Below, in pieces: positions 51,882 to 61,819 of a DNA stretch of 61,819 nt. Each line of letters starts with the position of its first letter. Position 1 is the stretch's first letter. Origin of the DNA: an uncultured Pseudomonadota bacterium (lineage in GTDB: Bacteria; Pseudomonadota; Alphaproteobacteria; RF32; CAG-239); assembly GCA_949300375.1 (NCBI GenBank), contig CASGEB010000009.1, positions 1 through 61,819 on the forward strand, written 5' to 3'. The position numbers and the translations under genes were made by a program. Below the pieces are notes generated by a model. That model did not search any database. It was not told the origin of the DNA and saw nothing but the letters and a program-made list of their open reading frames with translations.

Positions 51882-53279
51882 ATGCTTCAAAAATCAGAAC
51901 TTCTGCTTCCGGCCGGTTCGCTGGTCAAACTCAAAACCGCCGTTCTCTACGGCGCCGATGCCGTTTATGCCGGCACGCCGGACATGTGCCTGCGCGCCCA
52001 GTCAAAAATGACAATGGAAGATTTGAAAGAAGGCGTTGAGTTTGTTCACGCCCGCGGCAAAAAAATCTACCTGACATTAAACCTGTTTATGCATAACCGC
52101 GATGTGGAAAAGCTGCCGCAATTCGTTGCAACCCTGCGCGAACTCAAACCCGACGGAGTATTGATTGCCGACCCAGGTGTTTTTCAATACGTCAAAGACA
52201 ATGCGCCGGAATTAAACCTTTTTGTCTCCACTCAGGCAAACATCTGTTCGTGGCAGGCCGTTAAATTCTGGCAAAAGCAAGGAGCAAAACTCTGCGTCCT
52301 CGGCCGTGAAGTTACTTATGAAGAAATGAAAGAAATCAGGGAAAAATGTCCCGATATTCTGCTTGAATGCTTTATGCACGGCGCAATGTGTATGTCTTAT
52401 TCCGGCCGCTGCCTGATCTCCAATTATCTGGCCGACCGCAGTTCCAACCAGGGTAAATGCGCCCACTGCTGCCGCTGGCATTACAAACTGCACCTGCGTT
52501 TAAAAGATGGCAATATCAAAGAAATCGAAATCAATGACCAAAACAAAGACGCCTTTGAGTTTCTGCTGGAAGAAGAGTTCCGTCCCGGCGAATATTTTGA
52601 GGTTATGGAAGACGAACACGGCGGTTATATGCTCAACTCCAAAGATATGTGCCTGATGCCCCGGTTGGATGATCTCTTAAAAATCGGTATGGATTCGCTC
52701 AAAGTAGAAGGCCGCAACAAAACCGAATATTATGCCGGCATCGTCGCCCGTGCCTACCGCAAAGCAATCGACGATTATTATGCCGCGCCGGACAAATGGG
52801 ACTATCACAAATATATGCCGGAACTAGATACTTTGCAAAACCGCGGCTATTGCCTCGGATTTCACGACGGTAAACTGACCGGCATCAGCCAGAATTATGA
52901 ATATACCCGCACGTTGGGCGATTGGCTTTTTGCCGGTTCTATCGTCGAATGGCAGGGCAATGACGCTGTTTTTGAAATCCGGAATTATATCAACGGCGGC
53001 GAATTCATCGAATTCTTAATCCCGGGAAGCTTGGAAAACATCCGCCTGACGCTGAACGAATTTGAAGATGCCGAAACCGGCGAAACCACCCCGAAAGTTT
53101 CGGCTGGGCAAGGCAAAAAAATCCGCATAAAACCGGAGGCCTGGTCAAAACCGATACAAGAAATAAAAAAACTTCTGCCGCAATATGTCATCGCCCGCAA
53201 ACCGGCGGCGTTAACACCGGAAAACGAGCAAATGCTGCAGCATAAAAAATCAGAATTCGCCATTCTTTGCGGCAAATAG
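51882..53279 (+). CDS. U32 family peptidase-like protein (TrhP/YegQ-type tRNA hydroxylation)
   Basis: ELLLPAG, YGADAVYAG, HGAMCMSYSGRC, SLKVEGR; start revised to MLQKSEL. Confidence 0.88.
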   Translation: MLQKSELLLPAGSLVKLKTAVLYGADAVYAGTPDMCLRAQSKMTMEDLKEGVEFVHARGKKIYLTLNLFMHNRDVEKLPQFVATLRELKPDGVLIADPGVFQYVKDNAPELNLFVSTQANICSWQAVKFWQKQGAKLCVLGREVTYEEMKEIREKCPDILLECFMHGAMCMSYSGRCLISNYLADRSSNQGKCAHCCRWHYKLHLRLKDGNIKEIEINDQNKDAFEFLLEEEFRPGEYFEVMEDEHGGYMLNSKDMCLMPRLDDLLKIGMDSLKVEGRNKTEYYAGIVARAYRKAIDDYYAAPDKWDYHKYMPELDTLQNRGYCLGFHDGKLTGISQNYEYTRTLGDWLFAGSIVEWQGNDAVFEIRNYINGGEFIEFLIPGSLENIRLTLNEFEDAETGETTPKVSAGQGKKIRIKPEAWSKPIQEIKKLLPQYVIARKPAALTPENEQMLQHKKSEFAILCGK

Positions 53280-53316
53280 ATATCCCCGGCTAAAACTTTG
53301 GATTTGTAAGACATAT

Positions 53317-53357
53317 AAAAAATTGCTCTTTCTTATCAAAAGAAAGAGCAATTTTTT
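53317..53357. terminator. Bidirectional terminator between the U32 gene and ftsZ
   Basis: aaaaaattgctctttctt-atcaa-aagaaagagcaatttttt. Confidence 0.8.
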
Positions 53358-53379
53358 ACACTCATCCGAAGAACAGTTT

Positions 53380-55065
53380 TTACCTTCTGCGCAGAAAAGA
53401 GGGAATATCCAAGTTCATCTTGTCTTCATAGTCATTATCGGCAAAAGAGGGAGAAACCGGCTCCTGAAAACGCTCGTTTTCTTTCTGTTTTTTGCGGTTT
53501 CTTCTCGCTATCGAAAAACCGGTAACCCGCTCAATTAATGTCGGCGTATGTTCTTCCTCGTCCACAATCAGTTGCTCCGGTTCTTCTCTTTTCGGTGCAA
53601 AGATTCCCGGATTATGCTCCGGAAACAGTTCGGGTTCTTCTTCTACGGCCCGTACGGTTGTCTTAGCCGAAAAAACATTTTCGTCTGAAGCCAGAATATT
53701 GTTCAAAGTTGCGGCATCATTTGCCGAAGTATCTTCTGTTTTGTTGATAATAGCCTTAAACAAAGCCGAAGCCTTGGGCATCTCATCCATGACCGAAGAT
53801 TTTTCCAACATATCAAAATCTTCAAAATTTTTCTTTTCGACCGGAGTTTCTGCTGCAGGCGCAGGTTTGGCGGTGGCAGTTTCTTTTGCAATTTTCTCTT
53901 CTTCAAAAGAGACAATTTCTGCCATATCAATGGTCTCTTCCATTTCTTCGGCCTCATTGGTATTATGCGCCGAGAATTTCTCCAAGTTTGAATCGATTTC
54001 AACATTCGGGGCAATCGGAGCGGAAACCTTTTCTTCCGTAAAGCTCTCGGCAATATATTCCTGAGCTTTCGGAGCTTTGGCTTTTGCCGCGATGGCGTCT
54101 CCGATACCGGTTGCCACAATTGAAACGCGGATTTTGCCGACCAAAGATTCGTCATAACTGGAACCGAAAATAATATTGGCTTCTTCATCAACTTCTTCTT
54201 TAATCCGGCTTGCAGCCTCGTCAATTTCAAACAAAGTAATGTCAGATCCGCCGGTAATATTAATCAGCACGCCCTTTGCCCCATGCATAGAACAGTCATC
54301 AAGCAACGGATTGGAAAGAGCTTGCTCGGCAGCCTTAACGGCGCGGTCATCGCCTTCGGCCTCGCCCGTTCCCATAATAGCTTTGCCTTTATCTTCCATA
54401 ATTGACTTAATATCGGCAAAGTCCAGATTAATCAGCCCTGGCATCATCATCAGGTCGGTAATGGAACGCACACCGGCGTACAAAACATTATCAGCCATCA
54501 CAAAGGCATCGGCCAGTGTGGTATTCTTATCGGCAACCCGAAACAGATTCTGGTTAGGAATAATAATGATACTGTCAACTTCTTTGGTAAAATTCTCAAC
54601 TGCCGTTTCCGCCGTTTCCATTCTTTTACGTCCTTCAAACTGGAACGGTTTGGTAACCACGCCGACGGTCAGGATTCCTTTTTCTTTGGCAATTTTAGCC
54701 ACAACCGGCGCGGCGCCGCTTCCGGTACCGCCGCCCATTCCGGCCGTAATAAACACCATATTGGCGCCTTCAAGCTCTTTCTCAATTTCTGCTCTGGCTT
54801 CTTCCGCCGCCATTTTTCCGACTTCCGGCCGGGCACCGGCGCCAAGCCCCTGGGTTGTTTCCAAACCGAGCTGGATTTTTCTGCTGGCCGACGAATGCGC
54901 CAAGGCCTGAGCATCGGTATTGGCAACAATAAAATCAACACCTTCCAGATTCTGTGCAATCATATTATTCACAGCGTTCCCGCCGCCGCCGCCGACGCCG
55001 ATAACCGAAATCCGCGGTTTCAGATGCATAACTGTTTTTTCAGGAACTGCTAATTTGATTGACAT
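53380..55065 (-). CDS. ftsZ: Cell division protein FtsZ
   Basis: [23 protein letters not shown], long acidic linker, C-terminal LDIPSFLRR; alternative GTG start at 55077. Confidence 0.97.
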   Translation of the reverse strand: MSIKLAVPEKTVMHLKPRISVIGVGGGGGNAVNNMIAQNLEGVDFIVANTDAQALAHSSASRKIQLGLETTQGLGAGARPEVGKMAAEEARAEIEKELEGANMVFITAGMGGGTGSGAAPVVAKIAKEKGILTVGVVTKPFQFEGRKRMETAETAVENFTKEVDSIIIIPNQNLFRVADKNTTLADAFVMADNVLYAGVRSITDLMMMPGLINLDFADIKSIMEDKGKAIMGTGEAEGDDRAVKAAEQALSNPLLDDCSMHGAKGVLINITGGSDITLFEIDEAASRIKEEVDEEANIIFGSSYDESLVGKIRVSIVATGIGDAIAAKAKAPKAQEYIAESFTEEKVSAPIAPNVEIDSNLEKFSAHNTNEAEEMEETIDMAEIVSFEEEKIAKETATAKPAPAAETPVEKKNFEDFDMLEKSSVMDEMPKASALFKAIINKTEDTSANDAATLNNILASDENVFSAKTTVRAVEEEPELFPEHNPGIFAPKREEPEQLIVDEEEHTPTLIERVTGFSIARRNRKKQKENERFQEPVSPSFADNDYEDKMNLDIPSFLRRR

Positions 55066-55145
55066 GGTGTTTCTCACTCCAAAATACTAAAATCCACTTT
55101 GGATATCAGTATAAGCTTTCAATCATTAAGTTTTGGTTACCAAGA

Positions 55146-56387
55146 TTAAAAATTTTGCTTTATCCACGAGAAAATTTTGCCTAACCCGCCGGCGCTGCGA
55201 ACCGGTCGGTTAATAATCTTGTTCGGGCGTTTTTCGGTATAATTCAGGGCATACATCAGCAGCCCGACGCAGGTTGAATAAGCCGGATTGGTAAAAACTT
55301 CCGGCTGATTGATATCAGGCTTCGGTTTCCATACGCGCACCTCTTTATCCAACACCATCGCCGCCACTTCGCGAATGCCGGGAAGCTGGCTTCCTCCGCC
55401 GGTCAAAACCACACGATGGCTTGGCATATCTTTCAATCCCTGCTCTTCCAGCTTTCTGTTGACCAGTTCAAAAATCTCTTCAATCCGCGGCGTAATAATA
55501 CTAATCAAATCAGCCTTGGTAATCTGCCGGATACTGCTGTCATCTTCTTCCCCGACCGGATAAACGTTAATGGTTTCTTCTTTATCTTTACTGGTCAGAA
55601 AAGCACAGCCGTGATAGGTCTTTAACCGCTCTGCATTGGCAATCGACGTTGTCAGCCCATAAGCAATATCGTTTGTAACATTGTTGCCGCCCACCGGCAA
55701 AGCGGAAAAATACACCGGATAACCATGGCGAAACGTTGCAATGCTCGTCGTTCCGCCGCCGATATCAATCACCGTTGCGCCAATCTCTTTTTCATCTTCG
55801 ACCAGACACGCCAATCCGGACGCATAAGAAGAAAAAGCTCTGCCCACAATCTCAAGATGAGCATTTTCAATCACGGTTGAAAGATTGCGGTATGTAATAT
55901 CGGGTACCAGTCCCAATACGATGTCGACTGCCAGTTTTTCAGCAAAAATATTCCTCGGGTCTTTAATCTCTTCTCCACCGTCCAAACGATAATTCGTCGG
56001 CAGACAGTGAATCAGCTCGCATCCGTCCACGCTGATTTTATTCAGCCCTTTTTCCAAAACTTTGTTTAAATCCGCCTCATTAATCGGACGGTTTTTATTA
56101 AGGGAAATTGAGGCGTTTTTAATAGAACTGTGAACCTTGTCGCCGGAAATATTCACAATTATCTTGCTGATACGTTCGTTTGCCCTTTGTTCGGCCGCTT
56201 CCACAGCATTGCAGACAGCCAGCGTTGCTTTGTTAATATCGGTAACAACGCCGTTTTTAATGCCGCTGGAAGCGTTATATCCGTAACCGGCAATTTTAAT
56301 CTGCCCTTCTCTGCTGACTTTTGCAATCACACAGCACACTTTTGAAGATCCGACGTCCAAAGCTGCAAATGTAGACGATTTGTTCAA
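55146..56387 (-). CDS. ftsA: Cell division protein FtsA
   Basis: [22 protein letters not shown]-terminal amphipathic WIKQNF. Confidence 0.95.
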   Translation of the reverse strand: MNKSSTFAALDVGSSKVCCVIAKVSREGQIKIAGYGYNASSGIKNGVVTDINKATLAVCNAVEAAEQRANERISKIIVNISGDKVHSSIKNASISLNKNRPINEADLNKVLEKGLNKISVDGCELIHCLPTNYRLDGGEEIKDPRNIFAEKLAVDIVLGLVPDITYRNLSTVIENAHLEIVGRAFSSYASGLACLVEDEKEIGATVIDIGGGTTSIATFRHGYPVYFSALPVGGNNVTNDIAYGLTTSIANAERLKTYHGCAFLTSKDKEETINVYPVGEEDDSSIRQITKADLISIITPRIEEIFELVNRKLEEQGLKDMPSHRVVLTGGGSQLPGIREVAAMVLDKEVRVWKPKPDINQPEVFTNPAYSTCVGLLMYALNYTEKRPNKIINRPVRSAGGLGKIFSWIKQNF

Positions 56388-56442
56388 GTTCTCCCCCTTC
56401 TCAAACTTTCCGGTTTGTTCCGACGGTGTCGTTCTGTCGTTT

Positions 56443-57312
56443 TCAGGTCGCTCTTTCCTTGCCGTTATTAAGCCTTACCGGCTCTTCCGGAGCAGTCTTT
56501 TTTATTTTGATAATCACCTTGTCTTTTAATCTTAAATCAATTATGGTTAATTTACGTTTAAGAATCCCCTTTGTCGTATTCAATTTTAACAATTTTTTCC
56601 AGGCTTTCTCGACGCCGTCTTCCGGAAGCTTGATTGTAATTCCGTCTTTAATATCATCCAAGACCAGATTCCAACGCCTTTGAGAAATATAATTAGCCAC
56701 TTTGACACGCTTAAAAACAGTATTGTCTTTTTGAATAATCTCCAATAAAGCATTAATATTTTCCGGAGCGCCGGCACCGACAATCAGCAAAATCGGCTTA
56801 TCGGGCTTAAAGGCTGCGTCAATAACCTTGCCGTCTTCATCAATCGGATGAAATTTCTCGGAAATCTGCCAAATGGACTTAACCTTTTTTTCCTCAATAT
56901 TAATCAAGACCACATTCGGCATAAAAGATTTTCTGACCACGGCGCTTTTGACCCAGGGCAGTTTTTCCACTTTTTTCCTGATTTCCGCCACATTGACTTC
57001 AAAAATATTATCCTGCCTGGTAAGATTCACGGCTTGTCGCAACGCCTCAACCGAAGTCCGTTTATTGCCAAAGACCAAAACATCCTCAACGCCGAAACCG
57101 TGCCGGCTGCTGAAAGCATAAAATTCTTCGGTCCATTCGCTGAATTGTTTGCTCACCAGGCTTTGTTTAACTGTTGCCGTCAGCGAAGCCAAAACCAAAA
57201 TCACACCGAGAACGACCAGGCTTCCGGCCAGCCGAAAAGGCCATTCGGCCGGAAAACGGACAATATCCTCCAGCGGGTCAGGCGCCACTTTGGTTTTGTT
57301 TTTTCCAAACAT
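56443..57312 (-). CDS. ftsQ: Cell division protein FtsQ
   Basis: TM, POTRA (LPWVKSAVV), RRWNL, IDLR; directly upstream of ftsA; start coupled to the murB stop. Confidence 0.88.
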   Translation of the reverse strand: MFGKNKTKVAPDPLEDIVRFPAEWPFRLAGSLVVLGVILVLASLTATVKQSLVSKQFSEWTEEFYAFSSRHGFGVEDVLVFGNKRTSVEALRQAVNLTRQDNIFEVNVAEIRKKVEKLPWVKSAVVRKSFMPNVVLINIEEKKVKSIWQISEKFHPIDEDGKVIDAAFKPDKPILLIVGAGAPENINALLEIIQKDNTVFKRVKVANYISQRRWNLVLDDIKDGITIKLPEDGVEKAWKKLLKLNTTKGILKRKLTIIDLRLKDKVIIKIKKTAPEEPVRLNNGKERAT

Positions 57313-58247
57313 TACTTTTTCATAATTCCCATACGTTTGACTTCCCATTCCAAAACAATGGAAGTCTTGTCTTTTACCCGGTTGATAATCTCTTCCCCAA
57401 GCGTTTCGATGTCATTTGCCGTTGCTTTGCCCGTATTGATTAAAAAATTGCAATGCTTTTCCGAAACCTTCGCCCCGTTCACGCTCAAACCGCAGCAGCC
57501 GGATTTCTTAATCAATTCCCAAGCCTTCAGACCTTCAGGATTTTTAAATGTCGAACCGGCGGTTTTTTCGTTGTAAGGCTGATTCGCCATCCGGTATTGT
57601 TTTTGCTCCTCCAAAATCCGGGCAATATTTTCTTTTTTATCCTTGGCAACCCGGAAAGTAATCGACGTAATAATCCAGTCGTCGGGAAAAAGGCTGCTGC
57701 GGTATGAAAGCATTAAATCATCCACCGTAACGGTCTTTTTTTCGCCCCGTCCGTTCACAATCGTCGCCCGGGCAATCACATCTTTCACACAGCGCCCGAA
57801 ACAACCCGCGTTTGTTTTAACTGAACCGCCGATAACCCCGGGAATTGAACATAGAAACTCCAATCCGCCAAGCTCATGTTCCAGCATAACTTTTTTCAAA
57901 TCGGCATTTCTGACGCCGGCAAAACAAGTTATTTCATTACCCGAAATCTTTATCTGCCTGAAATATTTTGTATCCAGCCGGATAACAACGCCGGTAATCC
58001 CTCCGTCCCTCACCAGCAGATTGGAACCGCCGCCGATAACACAGACCGGCAGATTATACGGCATCATTTTGAGAAAATATCCCAAATCATCTTCATCCTC
58101 GGGATGAAACATCACATCTGCCGGACCGCCCACGCCGAACCAAGTATATTTTGACATCGGAACGTCTGTGTCATAACGTCCGCGAACCTCAGGCAGAAAA
58201 TCAACCAGTTTCTTTTTCTGAGGCCATATTTTTTTCAACCCGAACAT
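57312..58247 (-). CDS. murB: UDP-N-acetylenolpyruvoylglucosamine reductase
   Basis: GGGSNLLV, IPGVIGG, AGSTFKNP, KHCNF, LEWEV. Confidence 0.96.
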   Translation of the reverse strand: MFGLKKIWPQKKKLVDFLPEVRGRYDTDVPMSKYTWFGVGGPADVMFHPEDEDDLGYFLKMMPYNLPVCVIGGGSNLLVRDGGITGVVIRLDTKYFRQIKISGNEITCFAGVRNADLKKVMLEHELGGLEFLCSIPGVIGGSVKTNAGCFGRCVKDVIARATIVNGRGEKKTVTVDDLMLSYRSSLFPDDWIITSITFRVAKDKKENIARILEEQKQYRMANQPYNEKTAGSTFKNPEGLKAWELIKKSGCCGLSVNGAKVSEKHCNFLINTGKATANDIETLGEEIINRVKDKTSIVLEWEVKRMGIMKK

Positions 58248-58261
58248 AATTTACCTCCCTG

Positions 58262-59377
58262 TTATTTCGCCGAAATCTCACGTTCAACCGCATCGGCAAA
58301 ACGTTGGGCGGCATCAGTAATTGCAACTTTGCGTGCATTATCCGACATTTTTTTCATTTTCTTCGGATCCGCTATTGCCTCTTTAATAATATCCGCCAAA
58401 ATTTCCGGCGTAAATTCTTTCTGCCTGATAACGTTTGAAGCGCCGGCATCAGACAAAGTCTGGGCATTATAACTCTGATGGTCGTCGGCGGCAATCGGCA
58501 GCGGCACCAAAACCGACGGCAGACCGGCGATGGCTATTTCGGAAACAGACGACGCCCCCGCCCGTGAAATAATCAAATCAGTCGCGGCATACAACTCGTC
58601 CATATTATCAAAAAAAGCAGAAACCACCACTTCGGCGCCGCAATTGTTATAAGCGTTTTCCACCAGCGTAACATCATCTTTGCGGCATTGCTGAAAAATT
58701 TTCAATTTTTTCTGTTCCGTTTTACCCAAAAGCGCTATTGCTGCCGGCACTACTTCGCCAAAAACTTTAGCACCCTGACTGCCGCCCAGAACCAAAAGCT
58801 GAAAAGTATCCGCCGCCTGACGTTCTTTATACTTGCCTTCTCCCGTCTTCACAATCGCATCGCGAACCGGCATGCCTGTCAGCAGGGATTTAACGTTCGC
58901 CGGCGTATATTTGACATTTTTAAAACTCTGCGCAATCAACGCGGCATATTTGCTCAAAAAACGGTTTGTCCGGCTCATCACGGCATTTTGCTCATGCAAA
59001 ATCAAATCCGTCCCTAGCAGAATAGCGGCCATTGAAGCCGGAAAAGAAGCATAGCCACCAAAGCCGACCACACATTTCGGACGTTTTTTCAAAATCAGAA
59101 AACCAGCTTGCAAAACACCTATGCAAGTCTTAAACAAACTCTTGATTTTAAACCACTTTGATTTTCCGACCAGCGCCCCGGCCCAAACGGCATAATTCGG
59201 GATCTCTCCCAAACGGCCTTTATAATTGTCTTTGCCGCGGCTGTCGGTTATCAACGCCAGACGATATCCGCGTTTCAAGAGTTCTTCCGCCAAAGCCTCG
59301 GCCGGATAAATATGGCCGCCCGTTCCGCCGGCCGTTAAAAAGATTAAAGGCTTTGCTTTCTTTTTAGTACGTTTCAT
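58262..59377 (-). CDS. murG: MurG glycosyltransferase
   Basis: GGTGGHIYP, GFGGY, HEQN, GGSQGA, RAGAS; start uncertain. Confidence 0.95.
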   Translation of the reverse strand: MKRTKKKAKPLIFLTAGGTGGHIYPAEALAEELLKRGYRLALITDSRGKDNYKGRLGEIPNYAVWAGALVGKSKWFKIKSLFKTCIGVLQAGFLILKKRPKCVVGFGGYASFPASMAAILLGTDLILHEQNAVMSRTNRFLSKYAALIAQSFKNVKYTPANVKSLLTGMPVRDAIVKTGEGKYKERQAADTFQLLVLGGSQGAKVFGEVVPAAIALLGKTEQKKLKIFQQCRKDDVTLVENAYNNCGAEVVVSAFFDNMDELYAATDLIISRAGASSVSEIAIAGLPSVLVPLPIAADDHQSYNAQTLSDAGASNVIRQKEFTPEILADIIKEAIADPKKMKKMSDNARKVAITDAAQRFADAVEREISAK

Positions 59378-60515
59378 CCTTATCCTCCGCATGCACATTT
59401 TTCCGGGTTATAGCCAGCAGCATCCCCATTCCCAGCGCCGTTGCCAAAACCGAAGACCCGCCGTAAGAAACAAACGGCATCGTCATCCCTTTGGTCGGCA
59501 TCAGATGCAGGGTCGACGCCATATTGATAATGCCCTGCACGCCAAAAGACGCGCTCAGGCCGGAAGCCGACAAAATAATAAACAGATTATTGTCTTTAAG
59601 GGAAATAATCATTGAACGTATGACTATTATGGCAAAGACCGCCACAATAAACAAGCACAAAATAAGTCCGTATTCTTCCGCGGCCACCGCAAAAATAAAA
59701 TCGGTATGCGCATCGGGAATATTCATTTTAACCACGCCTTCGCCGGGACCTTTGCCAAACAGACTGCCGTTTTGAAAAGCCTCCAGAGATTTCCGCACCT
59801 GATAGCTCAAATCGCTGCCGGAAACCAAAAACTGGTTAACCCGGTTATGAACATGATCAAGCGTAAAATACGCCGTCAGGGCAATCCCGGCAAACACGGC
59901 AATAAGAGCGCCGACAAGTTTCATCGACAACCCCGCCAGAAAGAACTGAAAACCCCAAATGGCGCAAACAACAACCGTCATGCCAAAATCAGGCTGCAGC
60001 AGCAACAATCCGACTGTCAGAGCAAAAAGAAAAGATGAAATCATATTGCCGGGAAAATTCGCTGATTTCTGCTGGCCGTCAAACAACCACGCCGCCACGA
60101 CAATAAACGTCGGTTTGACAAATTCCGAAGGCTGCAGCGTAAAGCCGAAAAGCCGGATCCAGCGTGTTGCTCCTTTAACCTCAAATCCCCACAGCAAAGT
60201 AAAAATCATCAGCACTATCGTTGCCGCGTATCCGAGAATGGCAACCCGGCGGATAGTCTTCAGGTTTTGCATAGATAAAAAAAGCATCAAAGCAAGCGCC
60301 AGCGGCATAAAAAACAGCTGGCGTTTTACAAAATGATAACTGTCCGCCCCAATCCGGTTGGCCACGGAAGGACTGGCGGAAAAAGTCAACAGCAGCCCGA
60401 CCAGAACAAGCGCCAAAATCAAGGAAAGCAAGACCTTGTCAACAGTCCACCACCAATTGCTCAAAACACTCCGGCTGTTTCTGGCCAAACTAAACAACAT
60501 ATTCTTATCTCGCAT
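59364..60515 (-). CDS. ftsW: Cell division protein FtsW
   Basis: GATRW, QPSEFVKP, QPDFG, PDAHTDFIF, PTKGMTMPFVSYGGS. Confidence 0.95.
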   Translation of the reverse strand: MRDKNMLFSLARNSRSVLSNWWWTVDKVLLSLILALVLVGLLLTFSASPSVANRIGADSYHFVKRQLFFMPLALALMLFLSMQNLKTIRRVAILGYAATIVLMIFTLLWGFEVKGATRWIRLFGFTLQPSEFVKPTFIVVAAWLFDGQQKSANFPGNMISSFLFALTVGLLLLQPDFGMTVVVCAIWGFQFFLAGLSMKLVGALIAVFAGIALTAYFTLDHVHNRVNQFLVSGSDLSYQVRKSLEAFQNGSLFGKGPGEGVVKMNIPDAHTDFIFAVAAEEYGLILCLFIVAVFAIIVIRSMIISLKDNNLFIILSASGLSASFGVQGIINMASTLHLMPTKGMTMPFVSYGGSSVLATALGMGMLLAITRKNVHAEDKDETY

Positions 60516-61587
60516 TCAAAGACATTAACGCAGCCGCGGCCAAAATCAGAGCCACAATCCAAAAACGCACGACAACACGGGTCTCCGGCCATCCCGATTG
60601 TTCAAAATGGTGATGAATCGGCGCCATTTTGAAAAAACGTTTGCCTCCTGTTTTTTTAAAATATGCCACCTGTATCATAACGGATAACGCCTCAAGCACA
60701 AAGATTCCGCCGGCAATTGCCAAAACAATTTCTTGTTTCAGCATCACGGCAATCGTACCGAGCAAACCACCCAAGGCCAAAGAGCCGGTATCGCCCATAA
60801 AAACCTTTGCCGGAGAACAGTTAAACCACAAAAAGCCGAGACAACTGCCGATAACCGCTGCACAAACAACAGACACTTCACCGACATTCGGCAGCTTTGC
60901 CAAAGCAAACATATTGACCATCGGGCTGCCGCCGATATAAGCAAAAACCAAGAAAACAAACAAAGCCGCAATCATCAATCCGGAAGCCAGCCCGTCCAAC
61001 CCGTCAGAAAGATTAACGGCATTGGAAGCCCCGACAATAACGACCATGGCAAACGGAATATAAAACAGCCACAAATTAATGGCCAAATCTTTAAAATACG
61101 GAATAGTCAGGCTGAAACGGTTCTGTTCCGGCGTCAGATAAGAAACCACCAAAACAGAAACCAACGCCGTAGAAAACTGCAGCAAAAGCTTCATCCCCGG
61201 GGTCATGGCATTAGCCGTCTGCTTTTTGACTTTAACATAATCATCGGCAAAACCGACAAAACCATAAACCAACAACACCAGAATACAAACCCAGACCAAA
61301 GGATCATTCCAATACGCCCATAAAATCGTTGACAAAATGCCGCTGCCCAAAATCATCAGGCCGCCCATTGTCGGCGTTCCTTTTTTTGTCAGCAAATGGC
61401 TTTGCGGACCGTCTTCCCGGATTGGTTGCCCTTTTCCCTGATGCTTGCGTAAAAAATTAATGATTCGCTCCCCGCAAACCAACACCAGAATAAAAGCCGT
61501 AAAAAAGGCCGCAGCAGCACGCCACGCAAGCGTTGAACTGAATACCGGCATTTCATTTGCCACTGATTGAAATAGACTGTCAAACAT
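60505..61587 (-). CDS. mraY: Phospho-N-acetylmuramoyl-pentapeptide transferase
   Basis: KGTPTMGG, DDY, NAVNLSDGLDGL, FMGDTG, MAPIHHHFE. Confidence 0.97.
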   Translation of the reverse strand: MFDSLFQSVANEMPVFSSTLAWRAAAAFFTAFILVLVCGERIINFLRKHQGKGQPIREDGPQSHLLTKKGTPTMGGLMILGSGILSTILWAYWNDPLVWVCILVLLVYGFVGFADDYVKVKKQTANAMTPGMKLLLQFSTALVSVLVVSYLTPEQNRFSLTIPYFKDLAINLWLFYIPFAMVVIVGASNAVNLSDGLDGLASGLMIAALFVFLVFAYIGGSPMVNMFALAKLPNVGEVSVVCAAVIGSCLGFLWFNCSPAKVFMGDTGSLALGGLLGTIAVMLKQEIVLAIAGGIFVLEALSVMIQVAYFKKTGGKRFFKMAPIHHHFEQSGWPETRVVVRFWIVALILAAAALMSLNAR

Positions 61588-61705
61588 GAGAATAGTTCTC
61601 CGGATGATAAAATTTTATTTTTTATCCTAACCGGAATTTCTAAAATAAACATTAAGATATTAACATCAAAAAAACTTTTCCTTTTTCATAATTCGCTCCT
61701 TTTCC

Positions 61706-61768
61706 TAGCCAAAATCCCCGTTACACTTTTCATTAAGCATTGACACGGGCGTTTTGTTATGGTATAGT
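61706..61768 (+). promoter_or_regulatory. Conserved cassette promoter, copy 4 (downstream gene outside the window)
   Basis: GCCAAAAT at 61708, TTTTCA at 61727, TTGACA 61740-61745, 17-bp spacer, TATAGT 61763-61768. Confidence 0.8.
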
Positions 61769-61819
61769 GGTCTTTAGATGTTGTTCTTGAGGAACCGGTT
61801 ATCCTTAGGCAGCTTGTTT

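Noticed and set aside
53492-54100. Long acidic FtsZ linker
   Set aside because: Long C-terminal linkers are normal for alphaproteobacterial FtsZ.

Overview
Core chromosome of an alphaproteobacterium; the lineage is inferred from gene content and order, possibly an uncultured Rhodospirillales-like gut lineage. It carries the F1 ATP synthase genes, priA/xerC, rnr, lepA, pyrH-frr-uppS-cdsA-rseP-bamA-lpxD-fabZ, plsY-dprA-topA, mreBCD-mrdAB and a stripped dcw cluster. The unusual content is a dispersed family of seven cysteine-rich genes at four loci (about 1-562, 8.5-11.8 kb, 24.8-25.5 kb, 41.2-43.5 kb). The six complete genes have signal peptides and are built from shuffled modules. Each complete locus is headed by the same ~62-bp motif with invariant spacing: GCCAAAAT, then TTTTCA, then TTGAC[A/T]-N17-TATAGT. 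A fourth copy of this motif at the right edge of the window predicts another locus. Two loci are packed with GTCAT...ATCCA REP-like palindromes that I found nowhere else. Paralogues show patchwork identity with strand-skew switches, suggesting segmental gene conversion, and two genes end in NNC-codon variable tails followed by an identical 33-bp sequence (DGR-target-like). No reverse transcriptase or dedicated recombinase is in the window, so the diversifying mechanism is an inference. An RPE-like palindrome array sits between atpG and atpD. No rRNA, tRNA or CRISPR array was seen.
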